A stretch of 64,000 nucleotides of DNA, taken from positions 1,320,140-1,384,139 of the forward strand of contig OZ219753.1 in assembly GCA_964291315.2 (NCBI GenBank), in the 5' to 3' direction. The DNA is from Candidatus Poribacteria bacterium. Lineage in GTDB: Bacteria; Poribacteria; WGA-4E; WGA-3G. Below are positions 10,191-19,500 of the stretch, piece after piece; the first letter of the stretch is position 1; each line of letters begins with the position of its first letter. The notes under the pieces are model-generated. The model had not been told where the DNA came from, did not search any database, and saw only the letters and a list, made by a program, of their open reading frames with translations. Both the position numbers and the translations under genes were made by a program.

Positions 10191-11003
10191 TTAATTGTCG
10201 GCTTTTAGGCGTTTTATTTCAGCCAATGCGTCTGCGAGCTCTGCGTCTGCAGCGGCTGCGCGTGCATCGGCTTGTTGTCGTGCGTCTGCCTCTGTGGCTG
10301 CCCTGGCATCGGCCTCTGCGGCCCGTGCATCAGCCTCTTGTCGTGCTTTTGCCTCTGCTTGTGCTCGTGCATCAGCCTCTTGTCGTGCCTTTGCCTCTGC
10401 GGCTGCGCGTGCATCGGCGTGTCTAACCCGTCTCTCCAAAGGCTCTAGCCACGCTGAACGAACAGGATCATACAACCCGAGAGCCCCATCACGCTCGCCT
10501 AACTCTAAACCCAGCACAACCGACGGCAGACGACCGTTCACGAAGCCTATCTCCTCATACACGCCATCAACAAGACGATACCCGAGAAAAGAAGGCGACA
10601 CCTCGCCATAAGGATCGTAAATATAATACTCGCGCACCCCAAGCACCGACGCATACAACTCACGCTTAGCAGTCAAGTCCTGCCGATAGGTGCTGCGACT
10701 CGCTAACTCTAAGATAAAATCAGGCGCCTGCCCCTCTTCCCAGACCCGATAGGTGCGCCGCTGCTTTTTACTCACCCCGAAGACAACAAACACATCTGGC
10801 GACACCGATTTCCTCGGGTTCCCCTCCTTATAATACATCATGAGATTGCCAGAGACATATGCGTCGTTGACATCTTGGAAGTGGTGCTCCAGCATCTGAA
10901 TGCAGTCGATCATAAGTTTTCTGTGTTTGTCGGTTTCTGCCATAGGTTTATCGTCCGATTCGGGATAGACGAGCGTTGGAGCGGCTTTTATTTTGCTACA
11001 CAT
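10191..11003 (-). CDS. Uma2/DUF820-family putative PD-(D/E)xK endonuclease with ARA-rich coiled-coil tail (copy 1)
   Basis: 270 aa. Blocks read: [61 protein letters not shown]. These fit the Uma2 D...E.. ..K layout. The tail is made of [14 protein letters not shown] heptads and ends in [14 protein letters not shown]. Confidence 0.75.
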   Translation of the reverse strand: MCSKIKAAPTLVYPESDDKPMAETDKHRKLMIDCIQMLEHHFQDVNDAYVSGNLMMYYKEGNPRKSVSPDVFVVFGVSKKQRRTYRVWEEGQAPDFILELASRSTYRQDLTAKRELYASVLGVREYYIYDPYGEVSPSFLGYRLVDGVYEEIGFVNGRLPSVVLGLELGERDGALGLYDPVRSAWLEPLERRVRHADARAAAEAKARQEADARAQAEAKARQEADARAAEADARAATEADARQQADARAAAADAELADALAEIKRLKADN

Positions 11004-11048
11004 AGGTCTGCCTCCTGCCTCTACTATCGTAATAAACTTATAGAATAA

Positions 11049-11077
11049 AGTATATCAGCAAAAGCTGGATATATCAA
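11049..11077 (-). promoter_or_regulatory. sigma70-type promoter of Uma2 copy 1
   Basis: On the minus strand: TTGATA (11077-11072), a 17-nt spacer, then TATACT (11054-11049). GGAGG lies 8 nt before the ATG. Confidence 0.55.
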
Positions 11078-11120
11078 GTGGCTGATCTCAATAATTATCA
11101 AGGTTGCGTTGGGTATATGA

Positions 11121-11912
11121 TTACGTGTCAGTTTTTAGGCGTTTGAGTTCAGCCAATGCGTCTGCGAGCTCTGCGTCTGCAGCGTCTGCGCGTGCATCGG
11201 CTTGTTGTCGTGCGTCTGCCTCTGTGGCTGCCCGTGCGTCTGCCTCTGCTGCCCGTGTTTCTGCGCGTTGTCGTGCTTTTGCCTCTGCTTGTGCCCGTGC
11301 ATCGGCTTCTTGTGCCCGTGCATCGGCGTGTCTAACCCGTCTCTCCAAAGGCTCCAGCCACACCGAACGCACCGGATCATACAACCCGAGAACCCCATCA
11401 CGCTCGCCTAACTCTAAACCCAGCACAACCGACGGCAGACGATCCCCCACAAAACCTATCTCCTCATACACACCATCAACAAGACGATACCCGAGAAAAG
11501 AAGGCGACACCTCACCATAAGGATCGTAAATGTAATACTCGCGCACCCCAAGCACCGACGCATACAACTCACGCTTAGCAGTCAAGTCCTGCCGATAGGT
11601 GCTGCGACTCGCTAACTCTAAGATAAAATCAGGCGCCTGCCCCTCTTCCCAGACCCGATAGGTGCGCCGCTGCTTTTTACTCACCCCGAAGACAACAAAC
11701 ACATCTGGCGACACCGATTTCCTCGGGTTCCCCTCCTCATAATACAGCATGAGATTGCCAGAGACATATGCGTCGTTGACATCTTGGAAGTGGTGCTCCA
11801 GCATCTGAATGCAGTCGATCATAAGTTTTCTGTGTTTGTCGGTTTCTGCCATAGGTTTATCGTCCGATTCGGGATAGACGAGCGTTGGAGCGGCTTTTAT
11901 TTTGCTACACAT
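11121..11912 (-). CDS. Uma2/DUF820-family putative endonuclease with coiled-coil tail (copy 2)
   Basis: 263 aa. The N-terminal ~190 aa are almost identical to copy 1, and the tail is one heptad shorter. Confidence 0.75.
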   Translation of the reverse strand: MCSKIKAAPTLVYPESDDKPMAETDKHRKLMIDCIQMLEHHFQDVNDAYVSGNLMLYYEEGNPRKSVSPDVFVVFGVSKKQRRTYRVWEEGQAPDFILELASRSTYRQDLTAKRELYASVLGVREYYIYDPYGEVSPSFLGYRLVDGVYEEIGFVGDRLPSVVLGLELGERDGVLGLYDPVRSVWLEPLERRVRHADARAQEADARAQAEAKARQRAETRAAEADARAATEADARQQADARADAADAELADALAELKRLKTDT

Positions 11913-11957
11913 AGGTCTGCCTCCTGCCTCTACTATCGTAATGAACTTATAGAATAA

Positions 11958-11986
11958 AGTATATCAGCAAAAGCTGGATATATCAA
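11958..11986 (-). promoter_or_regulatory. sigma70-type promoter of Uma2 copy 2
   Basis: The same TTGATA-17-TATACT element is conserved in the repeated spacer. Confidence 0.55.
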
Positions 11987-12029
11987 GTGGCTGATCTCAA
12001 TAATTATCAAGGTTGCGTTGGGTATATGA

Positions 12030-12800
12030 TTACGTGTCAGTTTTTAGGCGTTTGAGTTCAGCCAATGCGTCTGCGAGCTCTGCGTCTAAAGCGTCTGCGC
12101 GTGCATCGGCTTGTTGTCGTGCGTCTGCCTCTGCTTGTGCTCGTGCATCAGCCTCTTGCCGGGCTCTTGCCTCTGCTTGCGCCCGTGCATCGGCTTCTTG
12201 TGCTCGTGCATCGGCGTGTCTAACCCGTCTCTCCAAAGGCTCCAGCCACGCTGAACGAACAGGATCATAAAATCCCAGTCGCCCCGCACGCTCGCCTAAC
12301 TCTAAACCCAGCACAACCGACGGCAGACGACCGTTCACGAAGCCTATCTCCTCATACACGCCATCAACAAGACGATACCCGAGAAAAGAAGGCGACACCT
12401 CACCATAAGGATCGTAAATGTAATACTCGCGCACCCCAAGCACCGAGGCATACAACTCACGCTTAGCAGTCAAGTCCTGCCTATACGTGCTGCGACTCGC
12501 TAACTCTAAGATAAAATCAGGTGCCTGCCCCTCTTCCCAGACCCGATAGGTGCGCCGCTGCTTTTTACTCACCCCGAAGACAACAAACACATCTGGCGAC
12601 ACCGATTTCCTCGGGTTGCCCTCCTCATAATACAGCATGAGATTGCCAGAGACATATGCGTCGTTGACATCTTGGAAGTGGTGCTCCAGCATCTGAATGC
12701 GGTCGATCATAAGTTTTCTGTGTTTGTCGGTTTCTGCCATAGGTTTATCGTCCGATTCGGGATAGACGAGCGTTGGAGCGGCTTTTATTTTGCTACACAT
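12030..12800 (-). CDS. Uma2/DUF820-family putative endonuclease with coiled-coil tail (copy 3)
   Basis: 256 aa with the same domain and the shortest tail. Confidence 0.75.
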   Translation of the reverse strand: MCSKIKAAPTLVYPESDDKPMAETDKHRKLMIDRIQMLEHHFQDVNDAYVSGNLMLYYEEGNPRKSVSPDVFVVFGVSKKQRRTYRVWEEGQAPDFILELASRSTYRQDLTAKRELYASVLGVREYYIYDPYGEVSPSFLGYRLVDGVYEEIGFVNGRLPSVVLGLELGERAGRLGFYDPVRSAWLEPLERRVRHADARAQEADARAQAEARARQEADARAQAEADARQQADARADALDAELADALAELKRLKTDT

Positions 12801-12845
12801 AGGTCTGCCTCCTGCCTCTACTATCGTAATGAACTTATAGAATAA

Positions 12846-12874
12846 AGTATATCAGCAAAAGCTGGATATATCAA
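12846..12874 (-). promoter_or_regulatory. sigma70-type promoter of Uma2 copy 3
   Basis: The same TTGATA-17-TATACT element is conserved in the repeated spacer. Confidence 0.55.
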
Positions 12875-12917
12875 GTGGCTGATCTCAATAATTATCAAGG
12901 TTGCGTTGGGTATATGA

Positions 12918-13751
12918 TTACGTGTCAGTTTTTAGGCGTTTGAGTTCAGCCAATGCGTCTGCGAGCTCTGCGTCTGCAGCGGCTGCGCGTGCATCGGCGT
13001 GTTGTCGTGCTTTTGCCTCTGCTTGTGCCCTGGCATCAGCCTCTTGTCGTGCTTTTGCCTCTGTGGCTGCGCGTGCATCGGCCTCTGCGGCCCTGGCATC
13101 GGCGTGTTGTCGTGCTTTTGCCTCTGCTTGCGCCCGTGCATCGGCTTCTTGTGCTCGTGCATCGGCAGTCTGCAGCCATACCGAACGAACAGGGTCATAA
13201 AATCCCAGTCGCCCCGCACGCTCGCCTAACTCTAAACCCAGCACAAGCGACGGCAGACGACCTTCCAAGAAGCCTATCTCCTCATACGCACCGTCCACAA
13301 GACGATACCCGAGAAAAGAAGGCGACACCTCGCCATAAGGATCGTAAATATAATACTCACGCACCCCAAGCACCGATGCATACAACTCACGCTTAGCAGT
13401 CAAGTCCTGCCTGTAGGTGCTTGGACTCGCCAACTCTAAGACAAAATTAGGCGCGTGTCCCTCTTCCCAGACGCGATAGGTGCGCCGATCCTGTTTGCTG
13501 ACGCCGAAGACAACGAACACATCCGGAGACACGGATTTCTTAGGGTTTCCCTCTTCATAATACAGCATCAGATTGCCAGAGACATATACATCGTTGACCT
13601 TGCGGAAGTGGTGATTGAGTTTCTGAATGCAATCCATCATGAGGCTTCTGTGTTTATCAGTTTCTGCCATAGGTTTACCGTCCGATTCGGGATAGAGGAT
13701 CGTTGGGTCTGGGTAGACCAACGTTGGAACGGCTTTTATGCTTCTCGGCAT
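12918..13751 (-). CDS. Uma2/DUF820-family putative endonuclease with coiled-coil tail (copy 4, divergent)
   Basis: 277 aa. The N-terminus is divergent and carries an internal duplication (PTLVYPDPTILYPESDGKP). It lacks the EPLERRVRH linker. Its upstream spacer is short (76 nt) and unrelated to the others. Confidence 0.7.
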   Translation of the reverse strand: MPRSIKAVPTLVYPDPTILYPESDGKPMAETDKHRSLMMDCIQKLNHHFRKVNDVYVSGNLMLYYEEGNPKKSVSPDVFVVFGVSKQDRRTYRVWEEGHAPNFVLELASPSTYRQDLTAKRELYASVLGVREYYIYDPYGEVSPSFLGYRLVDGAYEEIGFLEGRLPSLVLGLELGERAGRLGFYDPVRSVWLQTADARAQEADARAQAEAKARQHADARAAEADARAATEAKARQEADARAQAEAKARQHADARAAAADAELADALAELKRLKTDT

Positions 13752-13827
13752 GGCACTACCTCCTGTCTCTCTTGTTGTAATGAACTTATTGTATAGAGTT
13801 TATCCATACTGTTTGATCACGGAATCA

Positions 13828-14661
13828 TTATTTTTCAGTTTTCAGGCGTTTTATTTCAGCCAATGCGTCTGCGAGCTCTGCGTCTGCAGCTGCTGCGCGT
13901 GCATCGGCTTGTTGTCGTGCTTTTGCCTCTGCTTGTGCCCTGGCATCAGCCTCTTGTCGTGCTTTTGCCTCTGTGGCTGCCCGTGCATCGGCCTCTGCGG
14001 CCCTGGCATCAGCCTCTTGTCGTGCTTTTGCCTCTGCTTGCGCCCTGGCATCAGCTTCTTGTGCCCGTGCATCAGCGTGTCTAACCTGTTTATCCAAAGG
14101 CTCCAGCCATACCGAACGAACAGGATCATACAACCCGAGAACCCCATCACGCTCGCCTAACTCTAAACCCAGCACAAGCGACGGCAGACGATCCCCCGCA
14201 AAATCTATCTCCTCATACACACCATCAACAAGACGATACCCGAGAAAAGAGGGCGACACCTCGCCATAAGGATCGTAAATGTAATACTCACGCACCCCAA
14301 GCACCGAGGCATACAACTCACGCTTAGCAGTCAAGTCCTGCCGATAGGTGCTGCGACTCGCTAACTCTAACACAAAATCGGGCGCATGTCCCTCTTCCCA
14401 GACCCGATAGGTGCGCCGATCCTTTTTGCTGACCCCGAAGACAACAAACACATCTGGCGATACCGATTTCCTCGGGTTCCCCTCCTCATAATACAGCATG
14501 AGATTGCCAGAGACATATGCGTCGTTGACATCTTGGAAGTGGTGCTCCAGCATCTGAATGCAGTCGATCATAAGTTTTCTGTGTTTGTCGGTTTCTGCCA
14601 TAGGTTTATCGTCCGATTCGGGATAGACGAGCGTTGGAGCGGCTTTTATTTTGCTACACAT
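13828..14661 (-). CDS. Uma2/DUF820-family putative endonuclease with coiled-coil tail (copy 5)
   Basis: 277 aa. It carries the [19 protein letters not shown] variant shared with copy 6. Confidence 0.75.
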   Translation of the reverse strand: MCSKIKAAPTLVYPESDDKPMAETDKHRKLMIDCIQMLEHHFQDVNDAYVSGNLMLYYEEGNPRKSVSPDVFVVFGVSKKDRRTYRVWEEGHAPDFVLELASRSTYRQDLTAKRELYASVLGVREYYIYDPYGEVSPSFLGYRLVDGVYEEIDFAGDRLPSLVLGLELGERDGVLGLYDPVRSVWLEPLDKQVRHADARAQEADARAQAEAKARQEADARAAEADARAATEAKARQEADARAQAEAKARQQADARAAAADAELADALAEIKRLKTEK

Positions 14662-14706
14662 AGGTCTGCCTCCTGCCTCTACTATCGTAATAAACTTATA
14701 GAATAA

Positions 14707-14735
14707 AGTATATCAGCGAAAGCTGGATATATCAA
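14707..14735 (-). promoter_or_regulatory. sigma70-type promoter of Uma2 copy 5
   Basis: The same TTGATA-17-TATACT element is conserved in the repeated spacer. Confidence 0.55.
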
Positions 14736-14778
14736 GTGGCTGATCTCAATAATTATCAAGGTTGCGTTGGGTATATGA

Positions 14779-15591
14779 TTACGTGTCAGTTTTTAGGCGT
14801 TTGAGTTCAGCCAATGCGTCTGCGAGCTCTGCGTCTAAAGCTTGTGCGCGTGCATCAGCCTCTTGCCGGGCTCTTGCCTCTGCGTCTGCGCGTGCATCGG
14901 CGTGTTGTCGTGCTTTTGCCTCTGCTTGTGCTCGGGCATCAGCCTCTTGCCGGGCTCTTGCCTCTGCTTGCGCCCTGGCATCGGCTTCTTGTGCCCGTGC
15001 ATCAGCGTGTCTAACCTGTTTATCCAAAGGCTCCAGCCATACCGAACGAACAGGATCATACAACCCGAGAACCCCATCACGCTCGCCTAACTCTAAACCT
15101 AGCACAAGCGACGGCAGACGACCGTTCACGAAGCCTATCTCCTCATACACGCCATCAACAAGACGATACCCGAGAAAAGAAGGCGACACCTCACCATAAG
15201 GATCGTAAATATAATACTCACGCACCCCAAGCACCGACGCATACAACTCCCGCTTAGCAGTCAAGTCCTGCCGATAGGTGCTGCGACTCGCTAACTCTAA
15301 CACAAAATCGGGAGCGTGTCCCTCTTCCCAGACCCGATAGGTGCGCCGATCCTTTTTGCTGACCCCGAAGACAACAAACACATCTGGCGATACCGATTTC
15401 CTGGGGTTCCCCTCCTCATAATACATCATGAGATTGCCAGAGACATATGCGTCGTTGACATCTTGGAAGTGGTGCTCCAGCATCTGAATGCAGTCGATCA
15501 TAAGTTTTCTGTGTTTGTCGGTTTCTGCCATAGGTTTATCGTCCGATTCGGGATAGACGAGCGTTGGAGCGGCTTTTATTTTGCTACACAT
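14779..15591 (-). CDS. Uma2/DUF820-family putative endonuclease with coiled-coil tail (copy 6)
   Basis: 270 aa. Its upstream spacer matches the other units only up to about 15653, and the -10 element is degraded there. Confidence 0.75.
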   Translation of the reverse strand: MCSKIKAAPTLVYPESDDKPMAETDKHRKLMIDCIQMLEHHFQDVNDAYVSGNLMMYYEEGNPRKSVSPDVFVVFGVSKKDRRTYRVWEEGHAPDFVLELASRSTYRQDLTAKRELYASVLGVREYYIYDPYGEVSPSFLGYRLVDGVYEEIGFVNGRLPSLVLGLELGERDGVLGLYDPVRSVWLEPLDKQVRHADARAQEADARAQAEARARQEADARAQAEAKARQHADARADAEARARQEADARAQALDAELADALAELKRLKTDT

Positions 15592-15659
15592 AGGTCTGCC
15601 TCCTGCCTCTACTATCGTAATGAACTTATAGGATAAAGGGTATCAGCAAAAGCTGCCCC

Positions 15660-16130
15660 TTATGGTTGGACTATTCGCTGTTGTTTGAGGGTCTCTATAT
15701 CTGCTGCCAGCGCCTCGATCTGCTTTTCGAAGATGCGTTCTTTTCTAATGCGCCACATCATTATCACCTGTGGCAGCCCTATAACGACCCCTATTATTAC
15801 CATCAGCCACGTCATCATTTTTTCTATACCACCGATGCGTTCATTTACGCCGTCAATGCGTCCTTCTACGCCGTCAATGCGCCCATTTACAGCGTCTATG
15901 CGCCCTTCTACACCCTCGATGCGCCCGTTTACAGCGTCTATGCGCCCATTAAGGGCAGCGACTTGAGTCTTTAGGGTCACGATGTCGGCTCTTATCGGCT
16001 TCAGCTCCTCGCTGAGCTCCTCTTTGATGATCAACCGTATCTTATTCAGATCGGCATCCGTTAACGCACAAAACACAGGCGAGGCAATCACAAAAAAGAG
16101 CACAGAGAGTATAAATACCTTTTGCATCAC
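15660..16130 (-). CDS. small bitopic membrane protein with heptad repeats (hypothetical)
   Basis: 156 aa. It has an N-terminal signal/TM segment (VFILSVLFFVIASPVFCA) and six consecutive 7-aa repeats (RIDAVNG RIEGVEG RIDAVNG RIDGVEG RIDGVNE RIGGIEK). A TM helix (WLMVIIGVVIGLPQVIMMW) and a short coiled C-terminus follow. Confidence 0.6.
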   Translation of the reverse strand: MMQKVFILSVLFFVIASPVFCALTDADLNKIRLIIKEELSEELKPIRADIVTLKTQVAALNGRIDAVNGRIEGVEGRIDAVNGRIDGVEGRIDGVNERIGGIEKMMTWLMVIIGVVIGLPQVIMMWRIRKERIFEKQIEALAADIETLKQQRIVQP

Positions 16131-16179
16131 GGACTCCTCTGGACCAATTTAGCTTTCATGCTTACTTTTCATGCTCACT

Positions 16180-16208
16180 ATTGTCCCATTTTCTCAAGCG
16201 TTTGTCAA
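16180..16208 (-). promoter_or_regulatory. candidate promoter of the heptad-repeat membrane protein gene
   Basis: On the minus strand: TTGACA (16208-16203), a 17-nt spacer, then GACAAT (16185-16180). Confidence 0.4.
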
Positions 16209-16345
16209 GGAAATTGAGATGTGCCTACATTTGACTACACTACATTTGCCCCTATTTTTCGCGACTGCAACACGCCCCACCACTTGATAAAAAAAATGAA
16301 ACCGTCACCGCAGATTTATAGTTAAATTAACGATTGACTTTTTAG

Positions 16346-16375
16346 TTGACTTTTTTTCTAACGTCCGTGTATAAT
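16346..16375 (+). promoter_or_regulatory. candidate sigma70 promoter of the large adhesin gene
   Basis: TTGACT (16346-16351), an 18-nt spacer, then TATAAT (16370-16375). This leaves a leader of about 190 nt before the ATG at 16569. Confidence 0.5.
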
Positions 16376-16383
16376 ATAGGAAT

Positions 16384-16465
16384 ACCTTGTTGGGGCGGCA
16401 CTGCTAGGTCCTGTGCTGACAGGAACTGCCGCCCTACCATCCTAGCAGGGGGTCAAAAACAAGGT
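16384..16465 (+). promoter_or_regulatory. highly structured leader element (nested helices plus a crossing/alternative helix), class unknown
   Basis: All pairings below are perfect Watson-Crick. 16384-16391 (accttgtt) pairs with 16458-16465 (aacaaggt). 16393-16400 (gggcggca) pairs with 16427-16434 (tgccgccc). 16409-16414 (tcctgt) pairs with 16419-16424 (acagga) across a gctg loop. 16401-16408 (ctgctagg) pairs with 16441-16448 (cctagcag), which crosses the second helix. Confidence 0.35.
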
Positions 16466-16568
16466 CAGGGTAACCAGTTTTTTTCAAATCACAATAGACA
16501 TCACGGCATGCGGAGACTCCGTGATAAACGTGATGCATTGACAAGACAAGGAGAAGGATATTTTCTTT

Positions 16569-19500
16569 ATGAAAAACGTAATAACGCAAAAAATCGCCTT
16601 AAGCCTGCTGATAACGCTTGTATTAGCGTTCGGGGTGCCGGGAGGCGCAGACGCGATTACCAGGTTCACCAGAACCTCCAGCGACTACCCATTGGTAGCA
16701 CCTCAAACAGACTTCACCATTCGGTTCGGAGTCACCTTTACCTCCACCTCCACCGATTCAGAGACGGCTCGGATTACAGTATCGGGAGGCTCTCTCAAGA
16801 AAGTAGGAAACTTTGACGCTTCTGGAACTACCCAAGATTTAACGGAGGGAGGAACCGCCGGCAAAGGACAGCTCCTCAGCTCTCACACATTAACCCTGAC
16901 TTCCGGCGCAGCAGGCAAGATGAGCGTTACAATCTCGGATCGAACCTCCGGTGACAAAGCCAACGATTTGGTCTTTACGATCTACGTATCACCCGCTTTT
17001 ACAAGTACTAACGCTCCGGCCTTCAGCAGCAGCTCTGTTACGACCGCTAGAGGGGATGTAAAATTTTCAACCTCAACGCCGCTAACCCTTAGCGGGGAGC
17101 ACATCCGATTAAACTATAGGGTTACAGGTAACGGATCCGTCTTTATCAAAGAAGATGGCAAGGACGCAGGTACCACTTCAAAAAACCTGACCACATCTTC
17201 CGCGGCACCTGTCTATGTTCGTATGGGGGGAGGTACTAACAGAATAGCTATCTCTATTGTTGGTCAAAGAGCTAGCTCAACCATACAGGCTACCTATATC
17301 TATGGGGAGGAAACGGTACAAATAGTATCTGGCGATAAGCAGACCGGCGCAGTAGGCTCGGCTCTCGGCCAGCCGTTCGTTGTTAGGCTGACAGATACTG
17401 CGAATCGGCCTATTTCTGGCGTAAACGTTACATTTGATCCAGAAACAACAGATAATGACGAAGCTGCAATATTCATAAAAGATCTCGGTACGCCCGACGA
17501 TTTGCATGTTGCTTATGGTGCAGGCACTACTCCATTCACCACTACCCAAGGTCAAGCCGTAGTAAAAACCAATGCCAACGGCGAAGCCAAGGCTGTTTGG
17601 GTACTGCACCGGACTGCGCATGCCCTTGAGAATGTTGCCCATGCTCACCTGAGTGGGCGTTCTTCGGGAAGTAATGCTTCAGTTGCTTTTCAGGCAAGGG
17701 CTGTAGCAAAAAACCCGGTCGTGAGCTCTATTGTGATAGCATCCGGCAACGGGCAGAGCGCCGATCAATACGGAATCATCGCCAACCCTTTGGTGGTTAG
17801 CGTCCGAGATTCGGCCGGCCACTTGGTTAAAGGACAAACAGTGCTGTTCATCGCGTTAAGTGGCGGGACACTCAGTAACAGCTCAGACGAAGAGCCAGGG
17901 GCAGCCTCTGGCAGTAGCAGTGGTGCTAGTGTAACAGTCACAACAGATAACAGGGGTCAAGCCGGTGTTCGCTATGCGCCGTCGCAAGTCGGCGGAAGCC
18001 AGCAGGTGCGGGCGAGCATTACAGGGAGCGCCAGCTCCGTAACTTTTACTGTCAACGGCACACGAGGCACAACCCCAACTACACCTACAACTACACCCGA
18101 TTCCACCACACCCTCGACCCCAACCACACCTCCGCCGACGGACGGCGGGATTGTCGCAAGTCGCCTCAGAGTGGTGAGCGGTAACCAGCAGACCGGTGCA
18201 CCAGGGGCAGTGCTCAACCCGTTTGTCGTTCAACTCTTAGATACAGACGGCGACGGCATTGATCTCGTGGAGATCGATTTTGAAGTTGTATCCGGGAGCG
18301 GCACGCTCTCTGATAGCATGGATCAGACCGATGAGAGTGGCAATGCACGCTCAACGCTCACCCTCGGCAGTTCCGCTGGCACCGTAACCGTCCGGGTAAG
18401 CGTAGATTCCGATGAAATCGGGGGCCGTTCCATTTCCCCAGTCACCTTCACTGCAACGGCAGAGGTAACAACATTGCCACCCGATGCAATCAACATCGTC
18501 GGCGATGAAACGTTGACCGGCGATATCAACGAAGAGATAGAGCTCACCGTCCAAGTTGTAGATGCAGATGAAGATGGGGTAGACTTCGAACTCGTCACGT
18601 TCACCGTCACTGAAGGAAACGGGAGACTTCGCCCCAGTAGAGATCGAACCGACGAGGATGGCAATGCATCGACCTTTTTCACGCCTACCTCCCCGGGAAC
18701 GTTGGAAGTTCGAGCCAATTCAGGCGACCTGGATCCTGTCACTTTCACGATCACAACCTCCGATCCGCCTGACGCGATTACGATTATCTCCGGAAACAAC
18801 CAGAGCGGTAGACCCGGGGCCAGACTTGCCAACCCGTTTGTCGTTAGAGTGACTGATGCCCTCGACGACCCAGTTGCTGGGGTGACAGTCTCATTTTCGG
18901 TGACCGCAGGCGGCGGTAGCCTCTCCACCCAGAGCGCAACCACGAATAGCAACGGACGCGCACAGGCAGTGCTGACCCTCGGCGCTGACTCCGGCAATAA
19001 CACCGTCACTGCACGTGTCACAGGGCTGACGCCTGTTACCTTCAGGGCGATGTCGGGGGCAGAAGTGCACGTGGCTGCCGCACAGCGCCCACCGATGTAC
19101 TGGGTTGGTAGAGCCCAAGGCACGCTCCATCGCCTCGTCGGCGCCGCAGTTGAGAACCTCCTGCCGAATGTCACGGGTGTCACGGACATCGCAGTGGATG
19201 CAGCACAGGGAGCTCTCTATTTTGCTGTGAAAGTAGGTGAAAACAGAGGTTCCATCCGGAGTTCAGCCCTCAATGGACAGAACGTCAGGACTATCAAGAC
19301 GTTGACGGCTGTCCCCAACGGAATCGCCGTTGACGCGGCAAGCCAGACGGTCTATTGGACAAACTCCCGCGGCCGAATCCAATCTATCCCTGCAACGGGG
19401 AGCTCCAAGCTCACCAACGAAGTACAGAATATCTCTAACCCGAGCGCAATTGCGGTTTACAACCAATTTGTCTATTGGGTAGAGTTGAACCGGCTCCGCA

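Larger units (their letters stand above)
10151..15653 (-). repeat. head-to-tail tandem array of six ~0.9-kb units, each one Uma2-family gene plus a spacer
   Basis: Stop codons fall at 10191, 11121, 12030, 12918, 13828 and 14779, giving periods of 930, 909, 888, 910 and 951 bp. The coding 5' parts and the intergenic spacers are near-identical by eye. The fourth unit is the most divergent. Confidence 0.9.

Noticed and set aside
10191-15040. Regularly spaced short repeats that could be mistaken for a CRISPR array
   Set aside because: The repeats are contiguous 21-nt coding units with no unique spacers. They lie inside ORFs with a conserved reading frame, and no cas genes are present.
10127-15199. 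Many 60-147-aa ORFs on the + strand and in alternative minus frames across the Uma2 tails (e.g. 10195-10611, 11104-11520, 12953-13396, 13738-14160, 14762-15199), rich in Ala/Ser/Cys/Arg or Leu/Pro/Val/His
   Set aside because: They are by-products of the GC-rich 21-nt repeat, which lacks stop codons in several frames. They sit entirely inside or antisense to the well-supported Uma2 genes and have low-complexity composition.
16346-16816. 156-aa + strand ORF overlapping the adhesin leader and start
   Set aside because: It begins inside the predicted promoter, runs through the structured leader and overlaps the adhesin start out of frame. Its composition is Arg-rich and atypical.
18323-19189. 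288-aa ORF antisense to the adhesin gene (similar cases: 36508-37119 antisense to recA, 50871-51488 antisense to the OCD gene, 29815-30480 antisense to pafA, 45530-46087, 40239-40784, 3583-4131, 52620-53060)
   Set aside because: Each lies wholly within a gene on the opposite strand that carries strong family motifs. The translations are low-complexity (Ser/Thr/Pro/Arg-rich) and have no recognisable domains.
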